Assembly: GCA_002633005.1 (NCBI GenBank)
Contig: NMRA01001174.1
Location: 1-42,972, forward strand
DNA from: Phoronis australis
Taxonomy: Eukaryota > Animalia > Phoronida
Reading direction: 5' to 3'
Length of the DNA stretch: 42,972 nt
Positions 35,511-42,972 of the stretch are shown piece by piece. Each line of letters starts with the position of its first letter. Positions within the stretch are counted from its first letter, which is position 1. The notes under the pieces were generated by a model. The model saw nothing but the letters and a program-made list of their open reading frames with translations, did not search any database and was not told the DNA's origin. Both the position numbers and the translations under genes were made by a program.

Positions 35511-36969
35511 ATTAAAACAAAAACTTCATCGTTACCTTAATAAAACAAGGCACAGTTTTTATTGATGTGTTCCTTTCGTTATCAAATAACGATTGCGTAA
35601 TAATTTGAATTTATATGTTCACAATTGTGTCTAAGTGTTTCAGTCGTGTTTTCTCTAAAACCGCATTTTATTTACGAATTGTTTCTTTACACAGCTCTCC
35701 AGGAAGACACAAGGTGGCGCTTGCTACAAATTTAAATATTCACCATTTCAATGAGATACAGCAGGTTTAATTGGACCTTTGGTGCCGTTTGATACACTCT
35801 TCAGTACCCGGATGTAGTCATGTTCACCCGAAATTTACAGATAAAGGCTTTTTGATAGGTAAAAAATGAGCAGGGATTTATTGTGTGACATACATCGTAG
35901 ATAGACCATGACATACATGAAGGCTGCAATGCAGAACTTCCCCATAGTAGTATGTAAAAAAATCATTTCAGTTAGAAAGTAAAAACTAGTGATCCTGATA
36001 CATACAGTGTGTGTGGCTAAAATTTCTATTACCATTGCGAACAAAAATATTAGAATCACTTCCAAGGCAAGAAAACGTTAATGGAGCTTACTGTGAAGTT
36101 GATAATGGTACATTCTTAGTGACTTGAGTTCAATGGAAACTGAAATAGAACTCCCATCTGGATAAGAAACATTTAGAGGCCGATATTTTCCACCATGGAT
36201 GGGTGAAACACTGCTCTACCTCCCACACCCCGCCAACCCGCGATCGAGAACGCCCGGAAGGCGATCGAGAACGAGACCTTGAACCAAAAATGGCAGACGG
36301 GGCAGTGACGTAACAGGTGAGTTTAAGTGTCGTTTTTTGCTTAAAGGCGACTTTGGTACAAATGCTACACACAGGAAAACGTCAATGAGTAACCTTGTTG
36401 GGGATGTGAAATAATACATGGCTTTTGCTTATTTTTCAAAATAAAGACCTCAGGAAGCAATGGCATCGTAAAATCGACAATTTCTACTTGTTATTAGCAA
36501 GTCCAGGGTTCTTAACAAGAGACGTGTGACGTTTATAGTTCAATCGTCCCTGGTGACACCTTTGTTAGTTATGATTTGTCAAACAATTTGAGATATTTAC
36601 CAATACAAGCAGGTCCTTGTATGAGACGGCGATCGGGAACGAAGTCGTTAATTCTCTATGGCGATCGTGAACGCTACAAAAGCGATCGTGAACGCACATT
36701 TTTTCCCGTATTGGCCTGAATAGTCCTTCAAGTTACGGTATTATGTCAATAATTTTATATTACTACGGAGCCTGAATTAGTTGGTGGGTTGATTTTCAAT
36801 TACATTTCATCGTATTTTAATGATTTCAAAGTGAGATTTAGCCAAACAAACATAACTGAATGCATTTTGATTTTTCTCAGTTGAATTGTAGCCACACCAG
36901 GAGTCCTTCAGGATGTTTACGTCCACGCCTTCAAAAAAGAGTAGTACAACTGCTGCATGTCACAAAAAG

Positions 36970-37319
36970 TGTGTGTACACTGTATGTTGTGGAGCCTTGT
37001 TCAGAAACTGCGAAATCTACTTAATATGACCACATGACAATAAAACAAAGTGACACTACTACAAGCAAGACCTTTACCAGCCCTGTGATTGACGCGTTGC
37101 ATTCTCAAGAGTTGTTTCACCAATATAGTAAAACACAACATGAAGCAGGAACCAAGTCGACTCAGTGTTCTATTTGTGACGAATGTTTCACGGAATGAGT
37201 GAGCCTGGCGCGACATTGCGTCACAGCACGAGGACATTCCTATTTGTGGTGAATGTGGCATGTCGTGCAAACAGTATGCCTCCTTCTACAGGCATAGCAA
37301 GCAGAAACGTCATCAATGA
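36970..37319 (+). pseudogene. Decayed C2H2 zinc-finger array
   Basis: ...QCSICDECFTE*VSLARH[frameshift]ASQHEDIPICGECGMSCKQYASFYRHSKQKRHQ*. In-frame TGA at 37196-37198 and a frameshift at ~37217. Two more eroded fingers upstream (LYDHMTIKQ, TFTSPV...HQYSKTQH). Confidence 0.72.
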
Positions 37320-37872
37320 ATCATTAAGTCCAGTGGTGAAGGTTGTTAAGTCATTAGTTTATTCAGATTTAAAGAGTTTATGGTTGGTACATGTAGTTGT
37401 CTGATGTTATAGTATTTTGACGTTTTGTTTTGATCCTTTTTTCCTCAAGTTTCTTTCTATATTTGTGTTATTTCAAAAGGATGTTTAACAGAACCAGTAC
37501 ATTTTTGTAGTGTTGAGGTAGATTTAAATGGCCATACTAAGTGTCATTGGGTAATACTTACATAAAATTGTTCTGACCAGTTATTATTTTAAAAGAAAAT
37601 ATTTGTCTATGATTATTGTAGAAATTGCTTTGATATTGTTGTTGATTTCCTAGTGAGAGACTATTATACGGCTATAAATACATTGTCTAAGATTCAGTGA
37701 TGATTTAGTTTAATAGATTCCAAAAGTAATTCGTGGAAATGTTCAATGGATTTGTAATGTTGATTTCCCTAAAGCAATATTTTATATATTTTTGTAAGAC
37801 CAAGTTTGAGATATGTGTGATAAAACATTGATAATATAATAGAAATGCTATAATATTGTTGTTGATTTCCTG

Positions 37873-38179
37873 NNNNNNNNNNNNNNNNNNNNNNNNNNNN
37901 NNNNNNNNNNNNNNNNNNNNNNNNNNNNNNNNNNNNNNNNNNNNNNNNNNNNNNNNNNNNNNNNNNNNNNNNNNNNNNNNNNNNNNNNNNNNNNNNNNNN
38001 NNNNNNNNNNNNNNNNNNNNNNNNNNNNNNNNNNNNNNNNNNNNNNNNNNNNNNNNNNNNNNNNNNNNNNNNNNNNNNNNNNNNNNNNNNNNNNNNNNNN
38101 NNNNNNNNNNNNNNNNNNNNNNNNNNNNNNNNNNNNNNNNNNNNNNNNNNNNNNNNNNNNNNNNNNNNNNNNNNNNNNN
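37873..38179. other. Assembly gap (307 N)
   Basis: Run of N, preceded by the repeated sequence gaaat(t)gct..atattgttgttgatttcct (37621, 37842). Confidence 1.
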
Positions 38180-40520
38180 ACCCGGAGGTTTTCATGAATA
38201 TGCTCAAGTTATTTGTAGACTAAATTGTGTCCAGAGTCAGGGTATGTGTTAATTATAACTTCATGTGCACATATGCATGTTTCATTTGATTTTATTTGCT
38301 GTATTTTGAAGTGAATATCTTTTTATGGGGATACACTATCGCCCCTGTATGCCTGCGCCATTCAGGCCTAGAGCGGGTTAAGTTCCAATTTCAGTCCGTT
38401 CACAGCTTCGCACAACATAATAAGGTCACATTTTCTTCGTCTATTCACAGTTATTCCACGACCCATCTACCATATCTTAAGTTGTTTTAACGTTTTAAGC
38501 GTAAAATTCACCATAAGAACTTCAGTAAGTTTTAGCGTGTGTAGCAAAGACTCGGGGCAAAACAAGACCAATATGGCGGGTTTTGCCCCCTTTCCGGTGA
38601 CGTCACAGTGACTAGCGAGAAACTCGCAAGTGAGCTATTCTAGAACAAGATTCTACAGTCGCTTTTATCTGCTGCTACAATTTGTTTACCCCTGTCTGAC
38701 AGGCCACGTGGAACATCTGCTGGGCGAGTCTTCAGTTTAGAACCTCTTGTTCTCAGTGGTTTCGTCTAAAAGTAGATGTCTGTTTTTAAAAACCCTGGTA
38801 GGGTGTACCTTCACGTCGTGGGTAACATGTTCTTTGAAGCTCGCTTCACAATAACAGTGAACTTGTTTCCTGCAATGAAAATAAATTATTTTGTGAAACT
38901 AAAATTATGCTTGATGTACATGTAGTGCTCATGGCAATTTAATGGAAATGTTATGCTGTTGTTCAGTTTTGATACGAAAATAACACAGTAATGACGCAAA
39001 ATGTGATTAAATCATTGCATCACACTTATTTTGTTACCTTGTTCACGTTTTAAAGTTCATCACTATTCGACACACCACGGTGCGTTCCCGATCGCATAAA
39101 CCAACACGAATTAGCGTTCCCGGTCACTTATCGTTGCGTTCTCGAAAGCATCTTTCAACAGAAAAGCGTCGAAAAATCAGAGATCCTGACAAAACTACAA
39201 AAAACAAGCGTTGCTGAATTTTCACACGTCATTTCTTCATAACTCCATGGTCAGTCGATTGATTTAGTGCTAAAAATAACGGTAATTTGCCAAAATGACA
39301 TACAAATCAAATTCGGCTGATGCAATGCTTCGGTCAACGTAACTTTTCTCCTATAATTGGAACAGACATTAGCCTAAACCTCTACATGCCGTTCCTCAAT
39401 GTGTTACGCTTTGAACTCATGTCTCTGTTTTCACATTGGAAGCGAAAACAACGAAAGTTCATCAAATTTACTCACCTTGCCTGGCTTCGCTTCTTGCGCC
39501 AAATTTCGTTCTCGATCGCCTTCCGGTCGTTCTCGATCGCTGGTTGGCCGGGGTGTTCCATGCACATTCGAGTATTGTTGTTTTCGTTCCTCAGTTGCAT
39601 TACACTCAATGTGTGAACATCATGTTTGCAATAAAATGCACAGTGGACAGTTACATATACACGTACAGCTTAAATGACATTCCCCTTGCTACGTGATCTC
39701 GTCGGTGGTAACTGTGGGTCAAGAATTCGCTAAATACATGTACATGTACAGTGTATGAGAAAGTTGTATCTTATGTGTGTGTTTGTCTAAAACGGAATCA
39801 TATCAAAAACTCCATCAAAGGTCGTAAGTAGATCTTTATTTACATGTACGTGTATTTGTTATCATATTTTGATAGAAGGTCGTACCGTACATTTTCTTTA
39901 AGCACAAAGTGAGCGGGGAAGTGAGTATTATTTTCTTTTATCTAAAACTGACGAATTCTCCCCCAACTCCTCGGCAGCGCATGCTTCTGTCGCAGCAGTA
40001 GCTGGTTTTTCCAATCCTCCATGTTGATTTCATGCAGAGCATTCTAGACTAGCGCGGTTTTCAATCGCAGAATAGCAATAGATTGTTAGCGTTCAGTGGT
40101 ACACAGCATCACACAGTTACACTGTTGCACACACTGCCTCCATTATAAGAGTACCTATGGAAGCCTTTGCTAATGCAACAATTGGCTTTTTACAAACGGG
40201 AAAAAATTGCATGCACGCATACAATAAGAACAGCCCGGGGTGTTTCTGTAGCCATCAGATTTGTTTAAAGGCTACCCAATTACCCGAGGTGCTCCGGACG
40301 ACGTGCACTTTGTAAGTCATGCTAACGCGTAACATTGTAAAAGACGAGCAAAGTTTCGGTCGTAATAACGCGGGTAATAAGGGGCGACACTTGCAGCCCA
40401 AAGGATCACTTTAGTAAACGAGGTTAAACAGGAAGTACATGTAAATTTGCCGGGAATGAATAATATATCCTGCGTCTTTAGTTGTAATAATGCAGGTGAC
40501 TGTTTGTTTTTCTTTCCAGT

Positions 40521-40590
40521 ATGATGTCATTCTTGGTGTACTTTACAGTGCTGTTGCTTATTACCACCGCCTCGAGTGAAGAGGGAATCA
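40521..40590 (+). CDS. Signal-peptide exon of a kringle-domain gene (MMSFLVYFTVLLLITTASSEEGI)
   Basis: Acceptor tctttccag at 40519, hydrophobic core followed by an ASS cleavage-like site, phase 1 donor GTAAGC. Confidence 0.75.
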
Positions 40591-41069
40591 GTAAGCAAAT
40601 CGTTCATCGATAATGAAATACATGTATCTTTTTCGTGCTAGGAATTCAGTCCGACTCATTCTCCCGGGACTGCTCTATGATACTCCATCCAACCGTCTCA
40701 ATTCAATGTGGGGACTTAGTGTAAATAGAAACTCATACAACTAGCCTTGTACTCCTTTGAGCTAGGTACACTGTACTGTAGGTCGGGGGATAAAAATATT
40801 TCACTTTCTATTTTTCAGTGTCGGGATGCACTTTTTGTTGACTTAGATGGTCTGAGTTAATACCACAATAATGAACCCCAAAATGTTTCTCAGGGTCTGC
40901 TCGTAATTGTATTTGCTATACAAAATGTTAGAGTGTTAATTTTACAAGATTTTTATTGACTTAGTTAATAAGCATCTCAGATCTTGTCTAGGTGGACATG
41001 TGCAGTACTTGTGCACTCATGATCTGTATAATTAGGGTATTCACTGCATATTGTGACGTTTTTTGAGAG

Positions 41070-41333
41070 AATGTCGCAGAGCGTGCACGAATTGGAACAG
41101 AAATAACTATGCCGGATTCGTGAACACCGACTACATGAACTTCACGTGCCGTCACTGGGCTGAACTTGACCCCGCGGTGACTGTTCTTGGGACAGACGAC
41201 GCCGATTCCCCCTGCGACAACTACTCCAGAGTATCCGCCAAGAACTACTGTAGAGCCATCAAGTCGGATATACCTTGGTGCTACACCGAGTTTGGATACA
41301 TGCGCCGTTCATTTTGTTTCGTACCAAGGTGTG
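41070..41333 (+). CDS. Kringle domain exon 1
   Basis: C...YAG...TCRHW...KNYCR...PWCYT...FCFVPRC, phase 1 donor G|GTAGGT. The acceptor is atypical (ttttttgagag), so the start is uncertain. Confidence 0.85.
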
Positions 41334-41919
41334 GTAGGTAAAACGATGTGTTAGTGAAGCCATACCATGTTTGTTTTAATTTACACGTACGTTTTAGGGA
41401 ATTACATGTACCCTTTGTTTACACGACGGGATGGTTAGCACAACTAATAACGCACCGTAATACCATGCACTGAATGAAGGTTATGGATTCCTTCAGTGTA
41501 AATTCACTCATTCCAGTATAAAGTTTGTCATTTTGTTTATTTTCATATATACTACAATTATTGTAAAAGGCAAAAGTAATCAGGCAAAATACATGTACCG
41601 TTTTCCGTCACGACGGCTAATTTGGTTAACTGCATGTCACTAATACAGTATCAACTACTGTAATATGGTCAATCTAGAATGGTTTAACCACATCCCTGTT
41701 ACTTCCTTTTCAATCTGAGTCACGAGGCAATTATCTGACGATGAATGTGACTTCTACTTTGGCGTCCGTTCGTCAGGGGAAATTTTGGCGTTTTATTAAG
41801 CGAAAAATAATAGCTGACCACTATTATAAATTGTCAGAAAGCACAAGACTCGATTTTGTGTTCGTCGCAAAAAATTCAGACATACGACCCCTGCCACTGT
41901 TTGAAACGTGATGCACCTT

Positions 41920-41983
41920 TAAGGTAATACTTGTATTACATAAACGCGATGCCCCTATAAGGTAATACTTGTATTACATAAAC
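41920..41983. repeat. 26-bp direct repeat, each copy an internal hairpin
   Basis: taaggtaatacttgtattacataaac occurs twice. gtaatac/gtattac are inverted within each copy. Confidence 0.8.
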
Positions 41984-42202
41984 ATCGCTCAGTTACCTTA
42001 TGTGCTAATGCAAAGGCACGAACTAAAACTACCTGCTACTGCCCGACTTCGCGCTATATATTGGAAAGAGATTGTGGTTCTCTATGTATAGTTAATATAT
42101 TTGTGGAATGTCACATTAACGTTTCAATGACCTATGTCCAGTCTTGTTGCCTCCCGCACGGAAAAAGGTTAGCGGACTGAGTGAAACGACTATACATTTT
42201 AG

Positions 42203-42475
42203 AACCTCCTCCGCTTTGTTTCCTGACATGTGCATCTGGGCCGTCATATAGTGGCAGATGGTCAGTCACAAGAAGTGGTCAGAGGTGTAAATCGTGGAGT
42301 TCACAAATGTATCCTTCGAAATGCACTGGAACCGTGGACAGCAACTTCCCATGTGATGGTTCCTTACGTCATGCAAGAAACTTCTGTCGCGCCCCTGACG
42401 GCGATCCGAGAGGACCCTGGTGTTACACTGCAGAGAACAGCACCGCATGGGATTACTGTGATATTCCTCAGTGTG
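42203..42475 (+). CDS. Kringle domain exon 2 (gene probably continues beyond the window)
   Basis: C...YSG...TRSGQRCKSW...RNFCRAPDGDPRGPWCYT...WDYCDIPQC, phase 1-1, ttttag acceptor, GTAACT donor. Confidence 0.93.
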
Positions 42476-42972
42476 GTAACTAACCACAAATTGCTTTTAA
42501 TTTGTTTTGATTGAGAATCAGGGATGCATTTAAGAAAGGTCACCTTTGTTTTAGCCAAAATATGAGTACGACAATTAAAATCAGAGCACATGTAAACAAC
42601 GACATCGTATAAATCGACGTTTTGGTTTATTGTCACTTTATTCTCAAGACAGATGTTCACACTATTCCGGTCAGTTAATACAGGTGGGAAAAATCTGCAC
42701 AGGTAGATGTACACGTTACCTGATTGGAATATTGTGAACATTTGTCTTGAGAATGGTCTAGTGACAACATACTGGAACGTCAATTAAGACAATGTCGTTG
42801 CTTACATATGCACTGATTTTAACTTAAGTTCATTCACATTTAAGAAAACTAAAGTTTTCTTTGAGCATGCCGTACGTCGATCTTTTTATAAATCTATAAA
42901 CAGTTTCAAAGATTTTTGAAGTTTGGAGGCCCGGCCCCACCGCCGGCAAACTTGCCTCCCTGCTATAGGCCT

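Larger units (their letters stand above)
36229..39551. mobile_element. Region bounded by inverted GCGATCG(A/G/T)GAACG motif clusters; probable DNA transposon relic
   Basis: 36229-36285 is the near reverse complement of 39505-39551. The motif cluster at 36628-36697 mirrors 39080-39150. True termini were not defined. Confidence 0.55.

Noticed and set aside
670-35725. CTCF-like motifs at ~673, ~29379, ~34996 and ~35708
   Set aside because: Mismatched short motifs that cannot be distinguished from chance without ChIP data or PWM scoring.
31472-38207. Long ORFs made mostly of X (31472-31870, 31694-31960, 37848-38207, 37856-38197)
   Set aside because: Artefacts of N gaps.

Overview
This is eukaryotic, AT-rich, intron-rich animal DNA from a draft assembly with N gaps. 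The abundant TACATGTA motifs and short TIR elements suggest a marine invertebrate, but the organism was not determined. The six-frame ORF track is mostly uninformative because the genes are split into short exons. Main locus: a ~31 kb + strand gene (ATG 1049 to TAA 32289, at least 15 exons visible, ~638 aa visible). It encodes an ankyrin-repeat array, with roughly one repeat per phase-0 exon, fused to a C-terminal FAM111-like trypsin-fold serine protease (TNYHV and GSSGSP motifs). The exon(s) carrying the catalytic Asp are not visible and probably lie in the gap at 31712-31855. Four near-identical ankyrin exon cassettes differ almost only by non-synonymous changes at the target-binding (DARPin-randomised) positions, while their flanking introns are nearly identical. 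This suggests a diversifying sensor-protease. The cassettes lie in a 5.8 kb tandem duplication whose junction is a single N, so it may instead be two haplotypes assembled in tandem. Downstream are a decayed C2H2 zinc-finger sequence inside an inverted-repeat-bounded element and the 5' part of a secreted multi-kringle gene whose kringles carry extra cysteines. Several MITEs, non-autonomous DNA transposons and short tandem repeats are also present.
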